A stretch of 64,000 nt of DNA from Paraspadella gotoi (GCA_051294375.1 CM119271.1:14886770-14950769); one strand, 5' to 3'. Numbered from the stretch's first letter, positions 1-12,109 are shown. Numbers and translations are program-made. Notes: generated by a model from the letters alone, not told the origin.

Positions 1-358
1 GAGAGACGGAGAGAAATGGGAGAATAGAAAATGGGACTTGATGGAAGAGAAAGAAAGAGTTCCGAGCGAGGAAGTGTATATGAAGGAAAAGAAAGGGAAT
101 GAACATTCATATCTAAAAAAAAAAACAAATTTATCATCTTTGAAAAACACAAGAGGAATAGTTCAATGTTACTAATAATTGTAGCTAATATTAAAAGGCG
201 AGTCCGGTATTTGCATATATGTTATATTTTAAATATAAAGCTAGACATAGTGAATCTCAAATTTGTTTTTTGCTAAATGTAAAGTTGAAGACAAATTACA
301 ATGTAATCCTTTAAATTAATCATAATACAAAATCCGGTTCATACGCCTGGCCCAATCG

Positions 359-3300
359 TCAACTCCCCTCGCCATTCCCGCCATTCTCTTCAAAGTATCG
401 ATCCCTGACGGCGTCGATGCACTGACACCAGTCGATGGCGCCACCTTCCGGATCCGTCAGGTCGTAGGTTCGATTCGGCGTCCGAATCTCGAATTTTTTA
501 AAGTTGAAGAACTTTGTGTTCAACTCCGTCGACCAAGGGACTTCGCCCTTCAACTCTTTCTTCTCCGGATCGACGTAGAAGAGGCGAGGCCCTTCGGTGA
601 GGAGGAACATGCGGCGCCGCGCCGGATAGTGGGCGCGCCGCTTCTTCTCCAGGACGCCGGACTTGAGGATGAGGCGACCTTCGACGAAGTCGGCGTACTC
701 GTGGGAGCGCTGTTTGACGCGCTCCGAGATCTGGATGGGTTACGGAGGTAAAAAGGAATCGTATATGAAATTGGTACAACCAATTAAAAATTAATCATCA
801 ATTTAATGAATAAGCTATCTTGTCCTGGAATTTATCATAAAAGAGTGATGGAGGCCATAACCCATCATATCCTGTCTAATGACCATTGCAGATCCGCCCC
901 CTAACACAACCTTTTAATCAAGACTCTCAGTCTCGTTTATTCACTCCCAGAGTATCTGGCTTCCCCATCAATGAAGTGGTATAATATATGTAGTACATTA
1001 TGTACATGTTATGTAGTTGTTTCATGTTTCAATGTTTCCTACCTTAAGATTTACTACGTACTCGAATTTTAAAAGGTTTTACAACGATTTCCACATATAC
1101 CCCCCCCCTCGTTGATTCACCTTGTCCGCCTCGGAAAGGCTCATCATCTCTCGAATGGCGGGCAGCGTCGACGACGCCGTCCAGGCGGTGGAGGAAGGCT
1201 GGCGGGTGAAGGACTCGGAGGCGGTAGAGTTGTTGTTGTTGTGATTGTTACCGGCAAAGGAGGAGGGAGAGGCGCCGTCGGAAGAGGAAGAGCTGGCGGA
1301 GGCGACGGCGATGGGGACGGCGCCGTTGACGGGACGATTGGAGGCGGCGGCGAAATCGTCTTCGACGTCATCTTCATCGTCGTCTTCGTCCTTATTTTTA
1401 TTCATTCCGGAAATTACGGCGCGAGCAAAGTCTTCCTCGTTGAAACTAGGACATCAAATATATTTTGATAATTAGATTAACAATCAATAAACTTAATTTA
1501 TTAACGCAGTCATCATTTCCAACCCGGCGTTGCTGGTATCCTCGGCGCCATTCGCGGCGCCTTTCGGTCGCCCGTCTCGATCGGAAGCGTCGAGCGGCGC
1601 CTTCTGCAGGTGGAGCGTCTCCCAGTCGACGCCGTCGAAAAAGGCGTGCCGGACGAGTCGGCCGAATCCGCCGGATCCGTCGGCGCCGAGACGCTTCTCG
1701 GGGTCGAGGACGACGAGACGCTCGACGAGGTCGCGGGCCGTCGAGTCGAAGTCCTGGAGGTTGAGAGGAAGAAGTTGGGGTTGGGAAAGGGGGGAAGGGA
1801 AAGTTTGTTAAGAAATATACAGATAATCCAAATAACTGTTTTCTCCCTCAAAAAATTCGTCTAAATTTTTGGGAAAACCAAAAACGCAAATATATAAACA
1901 ATTATTTCCTTTTTTTTTTTTTTACAAATTTTTCTATTGTGGCGGTATATTCACACCGCCTCATGTCCACCGTCCTTCAGCCAAATCCATTGGCTCAGAG
2001 GGGGAACACACCATCCCAGGCGTAGTGTTCCATCCACAGTCCTTACGACTTCCCTCGGCGTTGGCAAAGCGAGACCGTCCTAGGGTAACCGCGCCAGTGA
2101 CTGGAGGCGTCACTGAGGGTCGGAAGCCCCCAAAGCCAACAGTGAGATGCCCCATCCCAATGGGCATCACAGGCAACCCGGCTGTTGCCATACTATTCCA
2201 ATTTCTGATTCGAGATACAAAATGCATAAACAAAATATTTTTCTGTACATTTTTTCCCCGAATTAAAAAAATCAAAATTTAAACGAACTCACCTCCGGAA
2301 AAGTAAAGTCCAGCGCTTGGATCTTTTGAAAGATGAGGTATTGAGTGGCGCCTTTAAAGGGAAACGTCCCTGCGACGAAGTGATAAAGGACACAGCCCAG
2401 CGCCCACAAGTCGCTCGCCATTTCCTCCGGCTTCCCAAGCAACATCTCCGGCGAGACGTACTGCGCTGTGCCGACAAAGGACTTGGCCCGGCGCCGCATG
2501 CCCGGCCCGGCGGCGCCCGCTCGAGCCGCTCGAGCGGCGGCCTCACGGGCGGCCGGATGATCGGGCGGCGGATCGGGGCCGTAGACGGGCCGTGGGGGCG
2601 GCGGTGGAGGGGCGGAGTCGAGAGAAGTGGAGGAAGGGTCGTTGGATCGAGAGTCAAGGATTTTGCAAGAACCAAAGTCGGTGATGAGGATGTGCATCTC
2701 GTCGCCCAATAAAATGTTCTCCGGCTTCAAGTCGCGATGGATGATTCCGCAGCGATGGAGGTGACGAACGGCGGACGTCACCTCAGCCAAGTAGAATCGA
2801 GCTATTTCCGGCGAAAACGAGCCGAGGGCCTTTGAGATTATATTTATTATATTATATTTCTTTGGTTACACTACATAATAGTACATATACTACAATTAAA
2901 CGTCCCCAATCGGCACTTACCTTCACGTAGTCGAGGATCTCTCCGTTCCGAGCGTAGGTAAGGACATAAAAGAGGCGTTCCGTAGATTTGAAAGAGGCGT
3001 GGAGACGAACGAAAAACGGATGAGGCTGCGATGAGGAAACGTCGTCGTCGTCATCGTCTTCCAAGACGTCGTGATCGTCGTCGAGGGCGGCTAGTCTGCT
3101 TAGAAACATCACGTCACTTGTCAAATATAATTACAATTATAATTACAATTACTAATTATGATTAATTATTATCATAATAGGATAGTTGTGGTAACAGAAT
3201 AAAAGTTAAATAAACCTTATTCAAAATGCGACAATATGCAAATGATATTAATGAACAACCTCTTTAAAAGATCCACAAATTACGACAATCAAACCTTTTT

Positions 3301-3607
3301 AACGTCACCTGCTGAGATCGGACGGATTCCAAGGTCTCGTGTTCAAGAGATTGAGCGCGTCCCTCTCCCGAAAGGCGTACTCCCGCATGTTATCGCGAAG
3401 AAGCTGCTTGATTAGGAGCGACTTGACGGCCCACTCCACTCCACTCGACTTCTCCGTCCCGACCATGACGACGGAGAAGCTGCCTTCACCGAGGACGCGG
3501 TCGTAATGGAACCGGAAGTCTCGGTCGCTCAGCTTGCGAGGCTGCTGCGGAGGATTGGAGGGCGGCGCCGTCGACGGCGGCTGACAGGGCGGCAGTTCCG
3601 ACGCCAT
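359..3607 (-). CDS. PDPK1: 3-phosphoinositide-dependent protein kinase 1 (kinase + C-terminal PH domain), 6 exons
   Basis: Exons 3607-3309, 3095-2921, 2829-2293, 1753-1524, 1445-1121, 730-359 join in frame at GT-AG sites. Motifs LGEGSFSVV, HPFFVRL, HRDLKPENILL, DFG, SFVGTAQYVSPE; PH domain RRRMFLLTEGPRLFYVDP...RTPNRTYDL. Confidence 0.96.
805..966. repeat. Dispersed intronic repeat (TAAGCTATCTTG family), copy in last PDPK1 intron
   Basis: TAAGCTATCTTGTCCTGGAATTT (811-833) and CACTCCCAGAGTATCTGGCTTCCC (942-965) match the reverse complement of 20700-20775; related copies at 40755-40813 and 58207-58285. Confidence 0.7.
1938..2192. mobile_element. 255-bp structured solo-LTR-like element (TGTGGC...GCCATA) with 4-bp TSD, in PDPK1 intron 3
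   Basis: GC-rich island in an AT-rich intron, flanked by CTAT (1934-1937 and 2193-2196), imperfect terminal inverted repeat, several hairpins; homologous to 4410-4635. Confidence 0.7.
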
Positions 3608-4409
3608 TGTTGCTGCTGCTGCTACAACTCTTCTGTCTTCACGATAGAAAAAGAAAGTAATACTAGCCCGAAAGGGACGTCATTGTTTTGCTAGTTTGTA
3701 TTATATTAATTTTTGTCATTTGCTTCGTAAATTGTTAATTGCATTTTGCACGGACACCCTTCTCCCCTCTATCTGGAAAATCGTTGGACCGAAAAAAACG
3801 AAAAGATGAATTCCTTTGTACGTAAAAGCGTCGCAAGTGCGGAAGGCATGTAAACTGTTATTAAAGTCTCTTCTTTTGAAAGAAAACTTTTTACATGTAT
3901 TTTATTTTTTTTAAATTAGTAAATTTGCATTTAAAAATAACGTAAAAGAAGAGCTTGTACCTAATAATGTAAAAGATGTACAATGTTTAACAAATACTAC
4001 TCCTGTTGATAACTGATGACTAGAAATTTCGCAATTGTCGTGGTTGTCGTTGTGGTAACGATTTGTATGAAATGACTTTGCTCTTTCTGCGCGCTAAGAA
4101 TCGTTCGCTTTGCCCAAATTCTGACGGGTGGATTATAAGGAAATTATCGATGTAACAAACCAACCAAAATATAATAAAATACCATTGGTCTCTCGCCACG
4201 AATTTACATTCTATAACGATTAACGAAACTTTCTTTTTGTTTCCGCGACAAATAAGGCACAAAGTTAGTTTATATTGAAATGGGAAAATTTATAGGTAGG
4301 AATAAACTTCGCTGTAGAAGACACAGTAAAATAGAGAAAAATAGGCCCAATAGCCTCAACTTATAATTAAAGCTTCGATTGAACATAACTGACCTTGTTA
4401 ACAAGCTCT

Positions 4410-4635
4410 TATGGCAACGGAGGGACATGTGTGATGCCTGGGGTGTGAGGCATCTCCCGATAGCCCCCATGTCACTGGCGTGTTTATGCCGACACCATCA
4501 CACTTTAACCAGCGTGACCGTGAGGGGATTGAACCCGGAACTCACGGTTGGTGAACGAGTACTTAGCTGTCCAAGCCAATGGGACGAGCTGAGTTTCACT
4601 AAGCTATACGGGATGCGAATTAAGGATTCGCTACA
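4410..4635. mobile_element. 226-bp structured element, second member of the TATGGCAAC...ACA family
   Basis: Starts TATGGCAAC, ends GCTACA, flanks CTCT/CTTT. Shares TGTGATGCC..GGCATCTC, GTCACTGGCG and AGCCAATGG..GCTGA with the reverse complement of 1938-2192. Confidence 0.65.
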
Positions 4636-5004
4636 CTTTCTTCATAAACTCCCCAGTCTCTAATAAGATAATATTAATATTATCATTTCTTCGTTTACAA
4701 GCACAAAAGGGTAATTATAAAGAGATACAAGTTAAATTCTCAATCTCAAAACAAATTATTAACGTAACGAGTCAAAAAGAGAAATATACTGGGGTCCCTT
4801 TTTGACGTGCACGGGTCTGTATCTTCCAAAATTCAACCGTTAACGTAAACCATGAATGATAAGTTGATAACACATACTTTGTAATACATACAAAGACGCA
4901 AAAATGTCATAACGAAGAATCGAAGACCCTAATATATCAATAAAAAAAAACCGATTCCGCCCCATTTTTATTTCTTTATAAAAAGAGAAAGATAAATTTG
5001 TGGA

Positions 5005-7827
5005 CTAGACGAGTTCCAACGCTTCGGTGACGGTATCGTCGCATTGCGGCGAATAAGCGCCGCTCGACAAAAGAGCGCCGGCTTGATTCCAATCCACCAT
5101 CAGCATTTCCGCTCCGGCCTGCAGCGTCGGCTGCATCGCCTGCATCGAGGCCAGGTCGCTGCAGTCGACGCCGAACTCCATCGCCTGAGCCTCCATCTGA
5201 TCCATGGGCTCCTGCTTGACCAGACGGAAGACGTTCTCCCCGGCGCGGCCCGTTCCAGCGGACGTCGGATCGATGGGGACCAGAGTGATGGTGGAACCGG
5301 CGTCGCCGGCCAACTGCAGCAGAGGAACAGAGTTAAGTTGCTGCGGTTGTTGCACATGCTGCTGCTGTTGCTGCCGGTGGTGCGACGTCGTTTGAGAGAT
5401 TCTGCCGTTGGGCAACTGCGCCACGCTGTAGCCTTGATACTCGGGGGGAGAGAGGGTGACCAGTGGGGGTGTTGGAGCGGAGAGAAGAGGAGCGGTCGTG
5501 GCCGAAACAGCCCCGGATGTAGGTGCGGACATCCGGGCCTGACGACCGTCTGCTCGAGAAGAGGAAGAGGATTCGGCTGCCGAACGGAATCGACTTCTTT
5601 CCGTCGTCGACTTTCGACGAACGCCGACGCTCTCTTTCCCGTTGCTAAGCAACGAAGCTATCGCCCCCTCGGCGCCGCCGGATCCCCCTGGCACCGCGTA
5701 CCCGAGATCCTTGGCGTGCTTCTCCAATTCCTGAATCCGCAGAAACATCGTCTTGCAGAGCTTCTCGTAATGCTTGCAGAGCTCCTTCTCCCTCGCCTCC
5801 CCGCGGCGGAGCTTCTCCCGTTCCCCCTCGAGCTTCTTGATATAGTCGACGGTCGACTTGAGGATGGAGCCTTTGTTGGCGCGAAAGTCCGGGTCGCTGC
5901 TCTTGGGCAGCATCGCCCCGAGTTCCTTGATGCGATCGTTGATGTTGAAGCGGCGTCGGCGCTCGATCTGATTGTGGTTGTCCTTCTTCTGTCGATCTTT
6001 GAGGTAGAGTTTGACCTCTTCCTCGGTGAGGGATTCGCCGCTCTGCAATTTGGCGAGGATCTCCGCGGGACAAGAGGCGGAGACGTTAAGCTTGATGGCG
6101 GAGAGGGAGGAGCTGGCGGAAGGGAGAGGGATTAATATTAATAATTTTAATTAATATTCATATACATTAAACTTTGAAGAGCTATTTTGCCAGGGAGACT
6201 AAATTCAAACTATTCGTTTACCCGGTTTATATTTTCATGTTTCGAGCTGTCTCAAACTCCCACACACTCTCTCTCACCCCTCCCTCTCTCACCCTGCCGG
6301 ATCCCCCATCTCCGTCGTCGCCTCGGGCATCGTCATCGACGTCGTCTTCAACATCCCCGAGATGGCGTCCAACTCCTCCGCCTCCGCCGGCTCCAACTTT
6401 CCGGCGGCGATCTCCTCGAACAGATCGTCCAACTCGGAGACGCTGGTTCCGGTGCTGCCGCAGCCGACGCCGTCGTTGGCAGGCGTGCTGCCGAGGCTGC
6501 CGTCGCTGACGCGGAAGGCCGGAGAATTGCCGCGGCTGGGTCGGCTGCCGGGCCGCGGCTTGACGGCGAGGAGGTGATGCTCGCCGACCGCCGGCGAGGA
6601 GGTTCCGCTGGAGCCGCGAGAGGAAGGGCGGCGCTGTGGGACGTCGCGGCGTCGCTCCATCCGCTGCTCGAAGGATTTGCGCTCCTGATGCTTCTCGACG
6701 AAGAGCCGGGTTGGGTTCATGAGGCGCAGAGCAGGAGCGGCAGCGGCTGCGTGACCGCCGATGGGAATCGAAGGCACGGAAGTGGCCGCGTGGGGCGAAG
6801 CGGCGGAGTTGGCGACGACGCTGGGGAATGACCCCGCCGCGATCGGATTCTCGGGCGGGATGTGAGGCATGGAAACTGAGACGGCGTTGGAACGGCGTCC
6901 GAAATCAACGCCGAAGACGCCGGGAGTAAATAACGACGTCAGCGAGAAGGACGCCGCTTGATGCGGCTCTCCTCTCGGCGGCGGATGATGGCGCCGCTGC
7001 TCCTCCTCCATCCGCTGCTTCATCAACATCAACTTCATGTTGGCACGAAGAGTCGATCCGCCCTCCAACGAAGACCCCGCCGGCGAGGCTTTGCCCTTGT
7101 TAAACCATTAAAACATTGTAAACCTATTTGCATATTGCAATTAATGAAAAAACCGATAAATAATAAATAAGCTTTGCCATTTGGAACAGATAGCATAACG
7201 AAGTATCTAGAGGTCGCCCTATGGAAAGAGCAGGATTCACGAAGATCGAAGAATTTCAACGAAACCGTCTTTATTAAAGACTCTTTAAAACAAAGTGAAA
7301 CTTCCGTGAATAACTGCCGTCATATAATTATTAATTAACCGTCAAATAACCGACATAAACTTATTCAAACGAAAGTCGCTATTTCGAAAATTGTAATTCC
7401 CTTCAGTTTTTATCAGTTTAAATAAAATGATTCAATGGAATCAGTTTACCTTGGAGGATGACGACGACGACGCCGCCCCCGTCGCCTCCATTTGGGGCGT
7501 GAAAATGGGTTGCGTCGAAAGTGACGCCGACGGAGCGTTGTTGTTTGCAACGGAGACGGCGGCGTCGACGACGGGAGCGTAGCACTCGGTGGCGACGGTC
7601 TCCTCGACGGGGAGACGAGTGAGCGGCGTCGCGAACACGACTGCGGAGGCATCGACTGGGTTGTTGACGCCCGTGGTGTTGGGAAAAGCCTCGCCCGGGC
7701 CCAAGCTGCGGCCCAGAGCCTCGTCCTCTTCCTGAACCTGCATCACGACCGTCTCGATCTCCTCCAAGAGATTTCCAAAGTCCATATCCATGTCGACCCC
7801 GGATTCGTCCGCCAACAAATCCTCCAT
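5005..7827 (-). CDS. MITF: MiT/TFE-family bHLH-Zip transcription factor (MITF/TFEB co-orthologue), 3 exons
   Basis: Exons 7827-7450, 7095-6293, 6112-5005. Basic-[31 protein letters not shown]...[16 protein letters not shown]; N-terminal [20 protein letters not shown]; SASCPA (TFEB S211-like 14-3-3 site). Confidence 0.93.
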
Positions 7828-8454
7828 CTTTCTTTGTTTTCTTTTTATGTTTATTTTTCTCTAGTTTTTTTGTTTTTTTTACAATTTAAACAAGAAATTG
7901 ATAGCGCGAAACATTTTACTTTCGCGTGTCCAATTGATCGTTACTTCGTTAGTTTTAAAACAAAATCCTCGTGTGTACAAAATCTGGGAAGCAAATTAAG
8001 CTGTTAAAATCTTAATTTGATCTACTAACTGCGGGTTTTTTTATTTCTTCAATGATCCATCGAGAGAGAGATTGTCCTTTTTTTTTCGTCTTTCCAGAAA
8101 AATAATGAGAAAAATATTACAACAAAGTAATAAACAAAACTAATCGTAACACGAGAAAAAAAAAGAGCTAAGTTCTAAAAAAAGAAATTTTTGGGGGTCA
8201 ACACTCAGTCGAAAAAGGAATCATTTTTTTCCCGTTTTTTGTAAACATTCGATTCGATTCTTATAAAAATTTTTATCTCAACAAAAATTCTCTAATTTTT
8301 TCTTTGAAACCAAAAATTCTCAAACTCCGAAGACACGATTCGTCGTTCCGTTGTTTTTTCCGTTGTTATTCCCAACCGGCGCCGTAGCGAAGGAAGCGAA
8401 GGAAGCGACGCCGGGAGATCCGCCCCGTCAGCCTCGGGCTCCGACGCTTTCTCT

Positions 8455-10543
8455 TTAATCCTCCAAGAAAAAGTAATGACCCGACTGCTTCTGCTCGGTG
8501 TCCTTGACGCTGTTCATCTTGTTAATCCGCGGACGAAAGTTGTTGGGGTCGCGACGGAAGGTGATCTCCAGAGACTCGAGGAACTTGTTCATTCCGCCGA
8601 GAAGCGTCTGAGGAGAGTTGGCCTTCGTGCTCACCGAGGGGGTTCCCTCGAAAACGATCACTCTGATATTTTTGTTGATGGGAGGAAAAATAGGGAGAAA
8701 GGTTGGGAATGATGAAATGCATGATGATTAAAATTATTATTATTATATATAATATTATGAATTTGAAGTCAACAAGATTTTCGAAAATATTTTTCAAAGC
8801 CTCCTGCTTGGTCTTAGATATTAATAAACAAGAAAATTACCGATTTTGAACAACGTAAATCTCATTTGCATATTGTAGTAATAAAATAAATATGCGGCTC
8901 AGTAGACGAATTAGATTTTACAATGGAAATATGTATCAAAGATTTAATTAGCTTAAGTTGTCTGAAAAATAAAAATTGATTTTTTGGTTTTACATGTAAA
9001 AAAAAGGTTGTTTTATAAAATCACCCACAGTTGGGGGGCTCGCGTTTTGACTTGTAACTATATAATTTTAACTAAAGGAATAACAGAAAATCCGAATCTC
9101 TCTAGCATCAAACACTGAATCTATGCAAACCAACCTGTCGGCCAGATAAGTGGCCATGATGAAGTCGTGCTCAACGACAAAGGCGGTCTTCTTGGCGTGA
9201 AGGATGAAGCGCTTAATGACTTTGGCCGCGTGGAGTCGCTGCTCAGAGTCGAGATAAGCCGAGGGTTCGTCTATGAGATAAACGTCGGCCGGTCGACCCA
9301 AGCAGAGCGTCATAGCCACACGCTGCAACTCTCCGCCTATGAATCGTTCGATCCAAAGTTTATTCTCTATTTTCAAGTTTGATATCTCTGTCTTTAACGA
9401 TAATGAGACCTGACAAGTTCTGGACTTCTTGGTCCATAATCTCCTCGATCATGAGCGGCTTCATCACGTCCGAGATGAACTGCGGGTGGATGTAGGAATC
9501 GCGGATCTTCTCGTGGAGGAGTTGACGAACGGTTCCCTGACTCTTGGGCTGAATCTTCTGCGGTTTGTAGGAGATGGCCAACTGCGGGGGTTGGACTCCG
9601 TCGTCAGGGGGCAGTTTGCCGGCCATCATCTGGAAGAAACGGAGATAATGATGATCCATGACAACAAAACTCCTCAAAACCTTCTAAACCTAAACCTCAC
9701 CTATGAAGCTCATACCCAACTCACCCTGATAAAAGTTGTCTTTCCGGTTCCGTTCTCGCCCAACATGACGACGATTTCCGAGTCGGTGAAGTTTCCTTTG
9801 TCGACAGCGAGGTGGAACTGGTTGCCAAGCTGCTTGGTCATGTTGGGGTAAGAGTAGCGGGAGAACCGCTTGATCTCGTCCTCCATCGCCGTCTCCGAGA
9901 CTTTGAAGATGAGGGAGGTCTCGCGAAATCGGAGGTTCTCCGTTGGCACGAACCCGTCCAGGAAGATGTTGATTCCTTTTTCAGTTTGAATAAAGTAATT
10001 ATTATTATAACAAAATATATATACAATATGAAAATTATATTGCAGAACTTAGTTCCCATGACTTTCCGATACATTCATTAGCATAATTAACGATACGACT
10101 TTAACAAAGAGCCCCAGCACCCAATCGACGACCTTCTCTGACGGAAAAGGGCATGGTGACGACGCCGTAGCCGCCGGGGACTCCGTAGAGGCAACAGATG
10201 AAGTCGGAGAGATAGTCGAGGACGGCGAGATCGTGCTCCACCACGATGATGTATCGTTCGGCCATGACGAGGGCGCGGATGGCGCGGGCCGCGTGGAGGC
10301 GCTGTTTCACGTCGAGATAAGACGATGGCTCGTCGAACCTAGAGGAAAGAGATCGTCGTTACGGATAAAATGCAACGTTTAAATTGAAACTGGATTAGTC
10401 TAAAAACTCTTCGTCACTTGCATGAAGATGTCAGCTCTTTGGATGCAGACGATTGCACAGGCGAAGCGTTGTAGTTCTCCGCCCGAGAGTTCTTCCACTT
10501 TGCGGTCCTTCACTTGATTCAAGTCCAGTTGGTCGCAGACCTC
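8455..10543 (-). CDS. ABCE1: ABCE1/RLI ribosome-recycling ATPase, 3' six exons (5' part lost at the gap)
   Basis: Exons 10543-10422, 10338-10133, 9975-9725, 9629-9410, 9336-9135, 8662-8455. LSGGELQR twice, [15 protein letters not shown]-terminal [27 protein letters not shown]. Confidence 0.97.
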
Positions 10544-10745
10544 CTGTGATTCAGTAAATTTAGTTATATAAATATAATAGTAGCGATTGGCGAGCGGATT
10601 ATAACTTCTTAAATAGGCATAATCTTCAATTTTCTCCGAAGGACTTTCGATCATTTCAATAAATTTGCACATCATAGCAATTTATAGCGTTTCAGAATTA
10701 GACAATATAAAATTTTTAATTCCTTTATGGAATATTAATTCTATA

Positions 10746-10845
10746 NNNNNNNNNNNNNNNNNNNNNNNNNNNNNNNNNNNNNNNNNNNNNNNNNNNNNNN
10801 NNNNNNNNNNNNNNNNNNNNNNNNNNNNNNNNNNNNNNNNNNNNN
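10746..10845. other. Assembly gap (100 N)
   Basis: Run of N; ABCE1 5' exons are not found on the other side. Confidence 0.99.
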
Positions 10846-11150
10846 CCGACGGACCGACAAAGTGAATTATAGAGTCGAGATCTGCAGCTAAGCAGATCCG
10901 ACTAAAAATGTACTTTGCATTTAAACAAAATCCTGCCTTTATCGAATTTTACTGACCTACCACATTAAGCACTTTTTTTGTTTCTTACACATCCTCTGCC
11001 CAACCGTGTTTATGCGAAACCGTTCATATAGATAAAAAATTATTTTTAAATTATGATTTTATAAGGATATTATAATAAATAAAATTCAATTTATGATACT
11101 GTTATACAAATTTTTTTAAAAAATGGCTCAATTATTTTTCATTTCATATA

Positions 11151-11873
11151 CTGTGTGTCCCAATGGTACTGTCGGTTAACTTTTACATAATGTGCGGAAC
11201 TGTGTTCTTAAATCTTATTTCTGAAATAACAATGTCAAAGATAAGTTCTTACTATTTATGATACTATATTTCGAATTTAATTTTTATCATTTTTTTTTTG
11301 TAAAACATTCAATTGAAATGAGTCTTTTCATTTTTTTAATTTTTCAATTGTTTTATATTTTAAAATAAATTATCTTTAAAAAATTGCATAGAAAAATATT
11401 TTAAATTAATATAAATTTTTTAATTTTAATTTTGTATAAAATAAGTGTATTAATAAAAATAAAAATGTATATAAAAAATAAAAATAGGCTAATTATTTTG
11501 AAGTATAAATTCTATTATTTAAAGTGCTAAGCGATTAAATCATTAATTAATCATTAATTCATTATTGAATAAATATTTTATTCTGGTATAGATTATTATT
11601 AAATCAAAAAAGTAATGAATATTGCATTATAAAAACAATTTTCTCTGTGAAAGTTAGTGAGAGAGAGTAAGAGAATTAATTTTTAAAAAATATATAACTT
11701 AATAAACATTTTTAAGAAATCATTACTTTATATAATATCTACAGGAGTTCGATTTTTAAAATCCTATGAAATGGTCTATACTTGCTCTTATTCGTGATAA
11801 TAAATTCAAGTTTTTCGATCTGGTATAAGAGTAGTAAGCTTTTATTAACCGACAGTACCATTGGAACATACTG
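11151..11873. mobile_element. Non-autonomous Tc1/mariner-type MITE (about 720 bp)
   Basis: About 29-bp imperfect TIR CTGTGTGTCCCAATGGTACTGTCGGTTAA / TTAACCGACAGTACCATTGGAACATACTG, TA on both sides, AT-rich interior. Confidence 0.85.
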
Positions 11874-12055
11874 TACAAAGGTAACAAAAAACATTGTTCA
11901 ATAGGGTGGAGAGATAAAAATATTGAGCGATTGAACATTGAACACCACCCTATTGAATATCTCTCGTCTCGAGCTAAGATGTGTCAAGTACCAATCGTAA
12001 ATGCCATTAATAATGATATTAATGATAATGATAAAACGAATGCAACGATTCTTAC

Positions 12056-12109
12056 CAGGCGTGTGGGACTCTTGTAGTTATTAACAAACAGTTTGACGTA
12101 ATCCGTCAT
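12056..12109 (-). CDS. Possible first coding exon of an unidentified gene (MTDYVKLFVNNYKSPTRL)
   Basis: ATG plus 17 codons ending at a CTG|GTAAG donor; no downstream exon visible before the gap. Confidence 0.3.

Noticed and set aside
1938-2192. Telomerase RNA, U17/snR30, RNase P/MRP, 7SK or SRP identity for the structured element
   Set aside because: No CUAACCCU template, no U17 m1/m2 motifs, no P4 consensus; a TSD and a second diverged copy favour a mobile element.
4013-4032. CTGATGA-CTA-GAAA hammerhead-like string
   Set aside because: No room for stem II and no stem I pairing; probably chance.
5044-6135. 363-aa plus-strand ORF and the many other long antisense or alternate-frame ORFs in the track
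   Set aside because: Shadows of GC-rich exons of recognised genes (here MITF); no motifs of their own.
7825-7845. AAG|ATG before MITF and 12109 as trans-splice acceptors
   Set aside because: Equally explained by an A-rich Kozak context; no pyrimidine tract, so not counted as operon evidence.
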